In this document: positions 1 through 10,633 of the stretch, piece after piece
Layout of the letters: every line of letters starts with the position of its first letter
Position numbering within the stretch: position 1 is the stretch's first letter
Source: Catajapyx aquilonaris
Lineage: Eukaryota
Direction of reading: 5' to 3'
DNA length: 64,000 bases
NCBI GenBank assembly: GCA_000934665.2
Contig: JYFJ02001519.1
Coordinates: 1-64,000, forward strand
The notes under the pieces: generated by a model
Database searches by the model: none
The model's input: only the letters and a program-made list of their open reading frames with translations
Told to the model about the DNA's origin: nothing
Translations under genes and position numbers: made by a program

Positions 1-297
1 GCTTTTTTGATAAAATCTACATATTCCCTTTCAAATTATAAGTGACTTTCTAAGACATCTACGTCAATTACCTTGTGCTTAAAAATGACTTATTTTAGTA
101 ACATTAGTTAAGTCATGCGTAACAAAATCTCTATGAAGAATTTGTCAAATATTTTTGCCACATCTCCATCAGTGCGCAATGAAATGAAATGAAGCTGCAT
201 CAACTGTAATGCAGCCTTCTGTACTGTACGTCATCAGAAAAATTATTCAGTAATATTGTCTTAATTTTTTACACTCAGGCCCGGTCCCTTCACTTAC

Positions 298-1190
298 CAG
301 TGGGGCACATGAAGCACAACCTATAAGAACATCCTGTACTAACATGCTGCACATTTGTTTCACTTTACGTAACGAAAGTTAAGAATTGAAATACTCAAAA
401 ATTTTAATGGGATGAAATGATTATGAAATATTTTTGTTCTCATTTTGATGACCACATGCATTGTGGGATTCGCTTTTTACAAAAAATTTCAGCTGTCTGA
501 AATTGACCTAGGAGACAACTAGCCTAGCACTTGACAATACACACTTTGGTATAGATATATACGTAGATGTATGAAGGGAAATTATGAAAAAAATTGGAAA
601 TTGGCAATTCAAAATGAACAATTGGCGCAAAATGTATAGGCTACGTGTGATTCTGGTGCACGTTAAAATTGGCGAAAAGGTATACGATCACATCTAACTG
701 GTCCAACAACAAAACACATTCTTCATCACCCTTCAAAACAACAGAATTGATGAGAGAACTGACCTGGGTGTGACCATGCACTGTGCCCTGTTGGCCCCAG
801 CGGCCCAGAGCTCACACGGAAGACCCAGCAGCTCGCTCTGATACTGCACCATAGGCTGGGCGGCCCCCTCCGCAGCAGCCCACAGGGCACAAGCTGACCC
901 CGCTCGACCCTCCGCGAAGTAAGGTGCCACCGCCGGACCAGGTCCTCCCGCGTGGTGACTGCAGACAAAAAAAAACAACCCTTGATGTGTACTCTCACCT
1001 CTCTCTATACACACATTATATACACCCGCGGCTCATGTACTGACCCGTAGGTGAGCTCGTACCCAAACTCAGTGCTGGTCAAATCCCAGAGAGACGGAGG
1101 TGCTTCGGCAGGGTATGGCCCCGGGAAGGACGTCGGGTGGGTCGCGGGACAAGTGGAGGGCAACACCGGCGCCGACATGCCCGGATTCAT
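298..1190 (-). CDS. 5' part of an unknown multi-exon gene; Pro/Ala/Gly-rich N-terminus; continues beyond the left edge
   Basis: Phase-consistent GT-AG exons are 1190-1045 (MNPGMSAPVLP...YELTYG, donor GG|gtcagt), 958-764 (acceptor ttgtctgcag, 195 nt, donor AG|gtcagt) and 320-298 (23-nt microexon, ttcttatag|...|gtaagt, RLCFMCPT). The frame stays open upstream to an acceptor at 1247, so the true start may lie in an upstream exon. Confidence 0.7.
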
Positions 1191-3033
1191 CCGGGTACAC
1201 TTAGACACCCTGATGCTGACTACTGCACCACACGTCCATGACGCCTCTGGAAATGAACTCCATGTTGCGACGTCCCGGTTTTATATGTAGACCCCGCATT
1301 TCTGGTGACGCCCCCCCTCTTTCAACCCCCCTCCCATCCCCCACCCAAACTCTCTCACTTTTTGCTGACTTTGTAGACGCCGGTGTGTGCAATCCCCTTC
1401 CACCCAACCTACTATTGCTCCAGATTTAATATCTGCCAGTTATTAAATGCTCATCATGGAAATAAGCCACTTTATTAGTTGTATAAACTGACGCCCTTCC
1501 CCTCTTATTGAACGTTTTGTTCCGGAGGGGTTATGCTGTGTCGGGTTGCGGAGGGAGGGCAGTTTTGCAGATTTGGTCGGATGGATTTTGGCGAATTTGG
1601 CTCACTTTTAGCTGACACATTGTTGCAGAATGGGTGGTGGCACAAATTGTTGGGGAATATGTTAGCCACTTGGTTTATGTGGGGTCTGAAATCAATTCTG
1701 GGTTGATAATTACCTGCAAGCCAAAATAGATTTCTGGGAGTGTTAGACCCCGCCCACCACCCCATTCCCCATTTATGCCCCTCTCCTCCTCCCCCAGCAG
1801 CGTTTTGCAAAACGCCCGGCCATTGGTAACAGTTGGCGCGGCAGCGTATGGCGGAGGCGCTGAATTCGTCTGGCCAGCCTCCCGCAGCTCTTCTCGTACC
1901 CAGCCAACCTGCTAAAAGGATTGCCATGGATCCTTTTTTTTCCTTCTTCAACTGGGCCATCTCAGGGTACAATTTTCTGGATCCAATAACGTTTGGCGCT
2001 TCCAAACATTTCTCTACAGGAGCGAGAGAAAGAAGAAGAAAAATTGCGAATGGTTTTTTTTTCCGGTTGGAGAGAAGCGGAGGGTCTAATTGGTTCGGTG
2101 ATCATTTTTGTAGGGTAAAGTTGCTTAGGTGGAAATTAACGGTTTAAAAGTTTTTGAATTCATAACAACTTGATGTCAGGAGTTTGGAAGCCATCAGGGA
2201 GGATAGCTTGTGTTGATTGGCTATGCGCCTGCAGGTTATGCCGCACATGATACAAGGGTGCTGTTGCATATCGGGTCAGGATGAAGAAAAGGAGGCTAGA
2301 AGCATGAATGTAAAGTACGGTACTGTATTCTGTATGCAGTATATTGCTGGTTATGTCACTCTGTCTGTGCCAACTGCCAAGGTATAGGTTATCTGACGGC
2401 CCAGTGTATAAAGTCTCAAATTTTCTGGATGTGAAAACTCTACAGATTGTGCTGTGAACTCTGGATCAGTACATACACTCAATGTAATAATAATGCTGGG
2501 GTAATGTGCATTCGCCCCACCTGGGGGCATATCGCATGGACCTTTATTTGGTGAAGGTACAATGTAGCATTACATAAAATGTACCGCAGGGAAGTTTGCA
2601 ACATTGCAGTGTCTGTAGCGGCGAGCCTCCCGTTTTGCGATAATGCCGTTTTGGGTATAGGTTCATGCTGCGTATAGCACTGTATATAAAATGGGGCCCG
2701 AAATCCAGTGATATGAAAAAGAAAGGATCCCGAATCCTTCTTTTTCAGAACTAAAATAGATACTGAAACTTCATTTGTTTAAAGCCTGACATCAACAATA
2801 TTATTATTAGTCCCGATTCCATAATATCATTAATTATATATTTCAATTAATTCATTGATTAATGAAGACCTGTATCAAATTGATTTGATTAAATTTTGGT
2901 CCTTGTTTGGTTGGGTTATCAGTTACAGTATAACCTGCTGATGCTTCTGTCAGATACCATACACTCGCATACAGTGTAACTGTGTAAGTATTGAATTGTT
3001 TCTTTTTTTCACTAAGCTGAGTAATATTAGGTA

Positions 3034-3088
3034 AGATGAAGTGGGGGAAGTGCACACCCGGGGTAAGTGCACTTCCCCCACTACACCT
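3034..3088. mobile_element. Minimal 55-bp TIR element, deletion derivative of the element at 34407-34604
   Basis: TA-agatgaagtgggggaagtgcac-acccggggtaagtgcac-ttcccccactacacct-TA. It matches the reverse complement of both ends of 34407-34604. Confidence 0.8.
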
Positions 3089-4655
3089 TAGTTATTTTTG
3101 AGCAGTCACTTTACATCTTCACAAAGCGGCTCAAAGGTGTGCGCTGCTCATATTAGGTTGATTTCAAGCGTGTATTCCGCCTTGAATGATAACAAAATTC
3201 CGATCCATCTTAACTAAAATAATTATCTAATCTATATGTTTTTGCAGGCTAAACCCACCCATAATGCTTTGACGTCTATGCATATCCCACCAAATACTGT
3301 ATTAGCATATATTTTTAAAACTTAGACAAGTTCCAAGTAGCAGCACAACAATACACATAGCTATATAACGTAAAAATAGTACCGGCACAAAAAATATAAT
3401 AATTTGGAACATAATGGACACAACTTTGCACTTGTTAGAATATTTGTACCGTGAGCCTCGGTATTTCTCCACTTTTAATTCTTTACATCCAACATGAAAC
3501 GCATGGATCTATAAAATGACATGCACAAATCAATCTACTGCATTTTAAAAATACCAATAGTCGTTTTACATGATGAAAGCAAGGCCGTAGTACACATGTG
3601 ACAGGAGTTAAAATAATGCATGGCACATTATACGTCTGAAAAAATAAAACTCATTTTATCTCAACCTCATTATCATCAAGAACTCATGGAGGACCACATT
3701 TCCCTTGCTTTTTCCAATCTCATGTTTGACTCATGAGCGCAAAGGCCCGACGAATCCATGTATTCTTGTCGTCTGAGTGTACCTGCTGTGCGGAATAGTT
3801 GCAACACATGCGACCACCCACGACAGCAGAGATAGAAAAAAAAATCACAATAACCCAGTCCACAACCTGCTGCAGCTTTATACCAGGCTTATATTTTTAT
3901 GTGTCCTCGTTTCCTTCTCCTATTGTTATTTTTTTTTTGGTGTTTAATTCCTGAATGAGGTTGGGGGCTGACTCGTGCTGGAAACCATTGTAACAGAGTA
4001 GTGCTGGGGACGAGAGAAGGGAGGCAACATCTGACGCCAGCGACGCTTCCGACGCTCCTGATGGATGGCCAAAATGGCGTCGGTGGCGCCAGATGTTGCC
4101 GCCCCAGATCGATGCCAGGGATGAAAATTAGCCAGCAGTAGCAGCCAAGCCAGAGAGAGGAAATCTGAAGTAAAAAGAGGGTGGGTGGGAGGGAAAGAAA
4201 AAGAGGAAGACAGGGACTGTACCAAGTGTCGCCTTTCTCTTGAAAGGGGGAGAAAGTGTACGTGTCTGCAGGCGCGGCACATGTTGAGGCATTTTATGGG
4301 TACGGCCGGTCTGTTGCCGCTGGTTTGTCAAAATGTCCAATGTTGTCGACAGAGGAATATCACCCAGCCGGCAGCCTAACACGATGAATGCGCTCAACTC
4401 ATCTTTTTTTGGGGGGGGAGGGGGGGGGGATGCTTCTCTGTTTTTTGGGTGCAGGACAATGTGAAAGGCATATTAATTTTTGACCATTAATTAGATCACC
4501 GTTTTACAAGATGACCAGCGAGTCGGCCGTCACTATCGTAGTAAGGTCTACACCTCTATACTGTATAATATGTACTAGCCTACATGATTACGCTGTACCA
4601 CGCACAGTAGGCCTACCAATTCACCAAAATTTGACAATGCAATAAGTTAGTAATG

Positions 4656-4730
<75 letters not shown>
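4656..4730. repeat. (GTA)25 microsatellite
   Basis: Perfect trinucleotide run. It explains the poly-V and poly-T ORFs. Confidence 0.97.
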
Positions 4731-5080
4731 AAACCCCGATTATCTGTCACCCACGAGGCAGGGGCATGGTCGGGAACACAAAAAAGGTGGGATAATCCGA
4801 GGAGCAAAAAAACTTTACGGAAACATGACGAAAAACATATACTGAAAACATGAAATAATGTATCATACAATACAATATGATGGTTTTGTAAGAAATAGAG
4901 AAATAATTATCTTTTACATACACACGCTTGACAATTTAAATAAGGCAATACGAAACAAATGCGTATAGTATACAGGGGCCTACATCACAGTATTTGATGA
5001 GAACTGCAAATAAAGATTTATCGCTGGAGCGAGACCCTGGTCGGATAATAAACAAATGTCGGTTAATCGGGGTTCTACTG
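4726..5080. mobile_element. pogo/Tigger-like MITE (~355 bp) embedded in a (TAG)n tract
   Basis: Left end tagtaaaaccccgattatctg versus reverse complement of right end cagtagaaccccgattaaccg, an imperfect ~21-bp TIR. TAG repeats flank both sides. Confidence 0.7.
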
Positions 5081-5109
5081 TAGTAGTAGTAGTAGTAGTA
5101 GTAGTAGTA
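5081..5109. repeat. (TAG)n microsatellite, right flank of the MITE
   Basis: About 9-10 perfect units. Confidence 0.95.
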
Positions 5110-7332
5110 ATAAAATATGGCGTTAATTATGTCCTCTATTTTTAAACCTGTTAATTAAAAATGGAGTTATCATATGGCGTAATGGGATATGTAGCGTAAG
5201 TTGTGTGTGAAGCGTGAGACCGGAAATATTGTTGGTAATATGATACTAACGGTGTGCGTGCATGAGCGCTCCTCTTTGTTGCGAATTTATTACCCTCGGT
5301 TCACAAATCTAGCGAGATTTATTCTAATTCATTCACGGTTTTGTGAAGGGTTTTTTTTCCCCCGCATGAAGAAAGGGGAGGGTTGGATTTTGATTATTTT
5401 CTGTTATACACACGGCCTGTTTTGCGCCATCAGTCAGAAGGATAATACAGCATGGTTATATTGAGAGCGTTACATGTGACGTAAGGGTGAGTCACGCCGA
5501 CTGAAGAATTGCTTTTGAATAGATGTCATATATTTATTGATAATGTTCAGAGTTTGTCGTAACTTGTGCGACTTGTACACCAGTTTTCTATTTACCCATT
5601 TTATATTATGATAGAGTTATAGAGCTAAAATGGACTGAATCAAAAAATCCTCGGATGGAACTCCGAATCTCAAAACTGGAATATACTCACCGAAATCATT
5701 AAAAATTCGGCCAAAATTATGTTGAATCCAGATTTCACTACGCAGATTGCCTCTAACGTACTGTACAAGTAATTTTTAATAGCACATAATTATTTCCAGT
5801 GGATTTTTTCCCATTGTCCTTTTCAGAAGATGGGAATTGGGGTGAGGGTTAGGGGACACCCCACTGTTGACAAGCGTGAGGAATCGAGCAGGACAAGTTT
5901 CATATTGAGAGCCAGGGGCCCCATCCCCTGTGTCTCCCGCCTTCAAAAGTCACTGGAAACAGAGGGCTAATCCGGACAATATTGCAGCACATCCCTCCGC
6001 TTATTAATATTAATTCGGATTATGCGAACCTAACTAGACCATGCCATGGGAGGGAGATTAGGTTCGGTTTACTCTGGGGGAAAAACAAGCGATTAGACGT
6101 GGTTAGGGGGACGGAACGGGGCAATATATTGCGTAATGACTCAGTGTCATCTTGCAATAATGTACCACGTGTTCAACAATTTAAATATGTACCGCAAAAC
6201 ATGTACAGTGTTTGCACTCTTCAGGCTGAAACATAAGTATGAAAATTATGTTTCGGCAGACATTGCCGAATTACTGTCGGATTAATCGCGGGCCGGCATT
6301 TTAATGCAGAAAATCTGCGTCATTAGTGTCAGCTGCGTGACATATTGATTCCGCGCACAATCCCGCAATAAATCCATCAAGTGGGAGAGAGAACCCCCGA
6401 ATCATATGCAGAGGTTTGCAGGTGCATGGTCCGCAGGCCCCCCGGTCCGTGGTACACCTCATGAATGAGTGATTTTTGGCAGGAAAGCTCCATAGTCGGC
6501 ACAAAATCTCGCACGTGCGTTATTAGTGCGAGAGGGGCGAGATTCGTGACAAAAAGGGGGGAAACCGGACGGGAATATCTAATATTTTGGTACAATAAGG
6601 ATGAGGAAGAATGATTGAGATTGTTGATAGCCGATTGTATGTTGACAGCTCAAATGGTAATGTGTTACTTACTGAAATACGGTATAAAGATGTCAATATC
6701 TGTCACATATCAGATCTGCCTATACGTAGCGAGTCGTTATCGAGCAGAGAGCAATAATGAACCGATATTTGATGGCATTTTGATCCACCAAAATGGAAAT
6801 CATTCACGGTTTTGTGGAGGGTTTTTGAATGTAGGAATTTAGTCTTAGCGCAAAATATCCTTATTTTGGTCAGGCCTATCTCTGACTTTTAGTTGTGAGA
6901 CACATTTTAAAAGAACCACAATAAGTTGCTTCTTTTCGAACAGGTTGCTGGTGGTAAACAGTCCATCGTGAACCTGACTATATATAGGGCAACGGCATTA
7001 TGGTTTAACCCCGCTGGTTTAACGTTTTCGCCATTGCCTTGTGTGAAATGGTGAAGCGCTTGGCAACGACAAACAGTGACCATGGAAATCACTGTTTACT
7101 GTCATATGCAAAACGTCTGGTCAATTGACCATACCTTTCGGGAAGTCGGGAATGTTACCCTCCGAAGACAAGCCTGTTGAAGGACTGAAGTATGTCATGG
7201 ATATGTGAAACAAAATTAGCAGGTAATTGCTGAACTAACGAACTACAGTAAACCTACATGGGTATTATCAAGTGTAACAAATACTCATATGCAAGTCGAT
7301 TGCATTCTAGAGTGATATTTTCCGCACCAACC

Positions 7333-8856
7333 ATGGCAAGACGAAGGAAGCCACAGTCAGCCTACCAGATAAGCTTGGATAGTCTTGTTCACACCGTAGC
7401 AACACTCCTGTTTCAATTCGGCGACCATGAGCCTGTTCCACTCCAAACAGTCTCGCAGATCCAACAGTTCGTCCTGCATATACCGTACTTCCTGGCAGAT
7501 GACTACGTATCCGGAATACTGCACATGGTGAACCGCCTGGTCTTCGTCAATCCCATCGTATTAGGAGCAGTCCTGCATCCATCCTGCACGAAGATGAACT
7601 TGTATCAACCCCGACCCGTGCAGCTCACTAGGGCTCTGGTGGCCAACTTGTACGTAATGCCCCAATTGAAAACCCTTCACCTCAACAAGCACTGTACCTG
7701 CTTTGACATCAAATCCGGAGTACTCACTCGCAGCTTGGACTTCATGTCCAATCTAGTTTCTCTGCATTTTGCATGCATGATCATGACCGGGAAGAGCAAC
7801 GCGTTGCGATATCTCTCCAAGAAGTGTCCAAACCTGAGGGAACTGACAATAGATCATGGAGTACCAAGCTACAAAGCGGCCAAGGCAATATCCAAGTGCG
7901 AGGGACTTAAGACACTCATGTATTACCGCTACTCCAGAAATGGTACCAGCACCAGACACATCATGCTATTACTGGGCAGGTTGAAACACCTTGAGGTCTT
8001 CTGCTTCGCTGCAGTAAGACTCACATCGCTTTTGATACACTTGGAACGCCGCAAGATGACCTACGGAGTGAAGGACCTGTCGTTTGAAGTGTCAGGCGGA
8101 AAGTGGTCACATTTGGGTCAGTTGGTCGCATCTTTTCCGGGATTGGAAAGTGTGGAGTTGCTGGGATTCTCCGGGAATTGGCTTCCATTACGCCAGCTTC
8201 CACACATCCGATCAATCGCTATGTCCACAACACATCCGAATGCAGATCAGCTCTTTTCGTCTCACCAATGGTTGACATGCGCCAGATTGTGGGGAGAACA
8301 CGAGAAAAGCTTCCACAGTTTGTTCGACGGTGTTAAGGTGACATGCAACTCTCTGACGCAGCTTTATCTCGGGCGGTGGAAGGATGTGGATCTTGAGATA
8401 GTCAACTCTGTGTTTCCGAACGTGTCAGACATGAGGATTGTGAGCTGCTCCTTGGATCAGAACCCTCCAGACACCAAGTCGCAGTCTTTCACCCACCTTC
8501 AGAGCGTCGAGTTGGACCAGTTCGGACCCATAACGAAGCACCACTTGCTTTACCTGCTGGGTTGCTGTCGAGACTTGCTTAAGGTGAAGTTTTCGTCGAT
8601 CGACGACGTGTCCCGCCAGCTGGACGACGATCTCTTCAAGTGTCTCCTGAAGAAGAACCCGATGAGCAAGGTGATGGAGGCGTACTTTGAGAGCGACGGG
8701 CTGTCCAAAGACATCTTCCCCATGCTCATCGAAGGTTTCCAGGACGCTCAGTCCTTGGTGTTGTGCAGTGAGAGGTGGAATGAGCTGTCACTCACTGAAT
8801 GGGTAGAGTTTTACAACGACAAAATTATATACGACACTAACTTCTCATTTTTGTAG
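7333..8856 (+). CDS. Leucine-rich-repeat (RNI-like) protein, ~507 aa, CDS without introns
   Basis: Long ORF with repeated LxxLxL units (PQLKTLHL, CPNLRELTI, CEGLKTLMY, LKHLEVF, FPGLESVEL, LPHIRSI, NSLTQLYL, THLQSVEL). The ATG at 7333 has a strong context (caaccATGg). The ORF-track ATG at 7258 falls inside a probable 5'UTR intron, 7223-7310 (ag|gtaatt...ttctag|). AATAAA at 8910-8915. Confidence 0.85.
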   Translation: MARRRKPQSAYQISLDSLVHTVATLLFQFGDHEPVPLQTVSQIQQFVLHIPYFLADDYVSGILHMVNRLVFVNPIVLGAVLHPSCTKMNLYQPRPVQLTRALVANLYVMPQLKTLHLNKHCTCFDIKSGVLTRSLDFMSNLVSLHFACMIMTGKSNALRYLSKKCPNLRELTIDHGVPSYKAAKAISKCEGLKTLMYYRYSRNGTSTRHIMLLLGRLKHLEVFCFAAVRLTSLLIHLERRKMTYGVKDLSFEVSGGKWSHLGQLVASFPGLESVELLGFSGNWLPLRQLPHIRSIAMSTTHPNADQLFSSHQWLTCARLWGEHEKSFHSLFDGVKVTCNSLTQLYLGRWKDVDLEIVNSVFPNVSDMRIVSCSLDQNPPDTKSQSFTHLQSVELDQFGPITKHHLLYLLGCCRDLLKVKFSSIDDVSRQLDDDLFKCLLKKNPMSKVMEAYFESDGLSKDIFPMLIEGFQDAQSLVLCSERWNELSLTEWVEFYNDKIIYDTNFSFL

Positions 8857-8909
8857 GAATATAAAGCCAAATCCTCTTGACGTGAAAGAGTTCAGATGTA
8901 ACCATAATG

Positions 8910-8915
8910 AATAAA
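8910..8915 (+). promoter_or_regulatory. Polyadenylation signal of the LRR gene
   Basis: AATAAA 54 nt after the stop codon. Confidence 0.55.
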
Positions 8916-8990
8916 TCATACTACGTGCAAATCTAAACTTTTATTAATATTACCGTAGTTGGCATTTTTCAGATCCCATTCCTATTTTAT
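8913..8990 (+). repeat. 78-bp direct repeat, copy 1 (copy 2 at 11603-11680)
   Basis: aaatcatactacgtgcaaatctaaacttt...taccgtagttggcatttttcagatcccattcc(t/c)attttat occurs twice with few differences. Confidence 0.93.
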
Positions 8991-9062
8991 GCAGGCCTAA
9001 TATAATGCTTGGTGTTAATAATGTATATTTAACTTATAGCCTTTTTAAAAGACATGTTGATA

Positions 9063-9190
9063 CAGTTGAGAATTCATTATCCGAAATGCTTGTGACCGCA
9101 GTTCTTCGGAATCCAGATTTTTTTTTTTTTTTTTTTTCGGATTTCGGATGTATACAGTATATTTGCAACGTACTGTATATTCTCAACCTT
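9063..9190. mobile_element. Short pogo/Tigger-type MITE remnant
   Basis: TA-cagttgagaat...attctcaacct inverted ends. The internal ttatccgaaatgcttgtgacc...ttcggatttcgga resembles my recollection of the Tigger4/MER46-type terminus (not checked against a database). Confidence 0.5.
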
Positions 9191-9979
9191 ATTTCCAGGG
9201 CTGCATCGTGACCATATAGTCAAAGTTGCCTGGCTGTAGCAAGATGGCGTCTCAATTGTGACGCTGCTTTCCATATTCGACAATCCTAGACTGTGGTTTC
9301 CCGGCATGCATTTTCGCCACGCTTGAATTTTGCAGTTTATTTTGCATTTCTGGGCCGATGGAAAGCCCGAGGCCAAGCCCGATCGTTCAGGAAAAGCTGC
9401 AGGACCGTACGTGTATTTGGTTGGCCAGGCACAATCAGTACTTGCAAGAAATTACATATTGGATTGTAATAATAATAATGAATACATCACACTGCTGACG
9501 TGACGTGGAAAAATTTTTAAACGAATATAGGCCTACTAGTCTCGTAGGCTGCCTGAAGATTAGGTTAAATGGTTGGGCATTATCAGACTATTTTATTTTC
9601 CAGTAATGTTGCAGGCTGCATGATATAACACTGGGGCAGTACTGACCAAAATACCAAGCCACTTGGTAGATTATGCCATAAAAATTATGCACTAGTTCCC
9701 AGGGTGCTGACTTCTCGAATGAGTGTTGATAGCTGCAGCTAATTGAAATTAGTGTGCATAATTTACCTTGAAATATATATATATATGAATATTAATGTGA
9801 ATTTCTTCCCAGGACTATGATCTGACTACTATCCTGACACTTGACCTTTTAGTCCATGCTGCCAGCATCAGTGTGACTTGAAACCTCTTGCATGGTCATA
9901 TACTCATTGCTGAGGAATGGCAACAGAAACTCTGAATTGACCTCGGTGAAGAACAATCAAGTCCACTGGCTATGTGGTA

Positions 9980-10142
9980 CAGTGCCTGGCCATATATCGA
10001 GGCAACTGCCAGCAACATTTTTCCGAAGCGGCAGAAGAAGGAATCGAAGATAAGCATGCTACAAGCCGGGCGAGCCAGATTCCTTCTGCTGCTGCTTTGG
10101 AAAAGTGTCGCTGGCGGTTGCCTCGATATATGGCCAGCACTG
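9980..10142. mobile_element. Tc1/mariner-type MITE, 163 bp, TA TSD
   Basis: TA-cagtgcctggccatatatcgaggcaactgccagc...gctggcggttgcctcgatatatggccagcactg-TA, with ~65-bp imperfect inverted arms. Confidence 0.9.
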
Positions 10143-10188
10143 TACAGTACATATACTGTCATCGTGCAGCTCTTCATAACTTCAAATA

Positions 10189-10452
10189 CAGGGTGTTTCC
10201 AAGCTATCTTTACAAACTTCTAGGGGTAATAGAGGGGACCTAGACAAACATATTCTATATAGGAGCCAGTGTCCGGAAATGTGACTGAGCACACCCGTTG
10301 CTTGTCTATGAACCCCCTCTAGATGGCATTTCCGGACATGAGTTCCTATATTAAATATGTTTGTATGTAATATGTAACATGTAATATGTTCAGAGGTTGT
10401 GGTCCCCTCTATTACCTCTAGAAGTTAGTAAAGATAGCTCGGAAACACCCTG
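10189..10452. mobile_element. Tc1/mariner-type MITE, 264 bp, TA TSD, almost fully palindromic
   Basis: TA-cagggtgtttccaagctatctttacaaacttctaggggtaatagaggggacc...ggtcccctctattacctctagaagttagtaaagatagctcggaaacaccctg-TA. There are further inner inverted segments (tgtccggaaatg / catttccggaca). Confidence 0.92.
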
Positions 10453-10454
10453 TA

Positions 10455-10633
10455 TAGTGAAACCTGTCCATTAGAAACCCTGAGTGTAGCGGAGACGTGT
10501 CCATTGCGGGATTATTTCTGGAAACGGGCGTAGGACATGCAATGCATTTTTTGACGGATATAGTGGAAACCTGATGTCCATTATGGAAAAATTATCTGGT
10601 CCCATGTGATTCCTGTGCACGCAGTTTTTGCTG
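10455..10633. mobile_element. Degenerate Tigger-like MITE abutting the previous element
   Basis: Starts tagtgaaacctgtccatt, has internal repeats of (gaaacc)tgtccatt, and ends ggtccc...gcagtttttgctg-TA. The TIRs are eroded. Confidence 0.45.

Noticed and set aside
1505..2147. 166-aa and 104-aa ORFs
   Set aside because: There is no recognisable motif. This is a GC-richer promoter or 5'-like region; at most a short upstream exon of the left-edge gene, which I cannot support.
2715..2746. Short AT-rich hairpin, considered as a Helitron 3' end or terminator
   Set aside because: The stem is low-complexity, there is no matching Helitron 5' end, and intrinsic terminators are not relevant in this eukaryotic context.
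3944..4397. GC-rich patch with several short ORFs
   Set aside because: No consistent splice model or recognisable protein.
4613..4870. Poly-Val and poly-Thr ORFs
   Set aside because: They are translations of the (GTA)n microsatellite and the adjoining MITE.
5793..5959. Possible hAT-like MITE (tttccagtggatttt / aaaagtcactggaaa)
   Set aside because: The inverted repeat is short and imperfect, and no target-site duplication was found.
7258..7332. Extra 25 N-terminal codons of the 532-aa ORF
   Set aside because: The ATG at 7258 lies in a probable 5'UTR intron (7223-7310), and 7333 has the better initiation context.
9896..10243. Four overlapping ORFs with mirrored sequences
   Set aside because: They arise from the palindromic MITE at 9980-10142.
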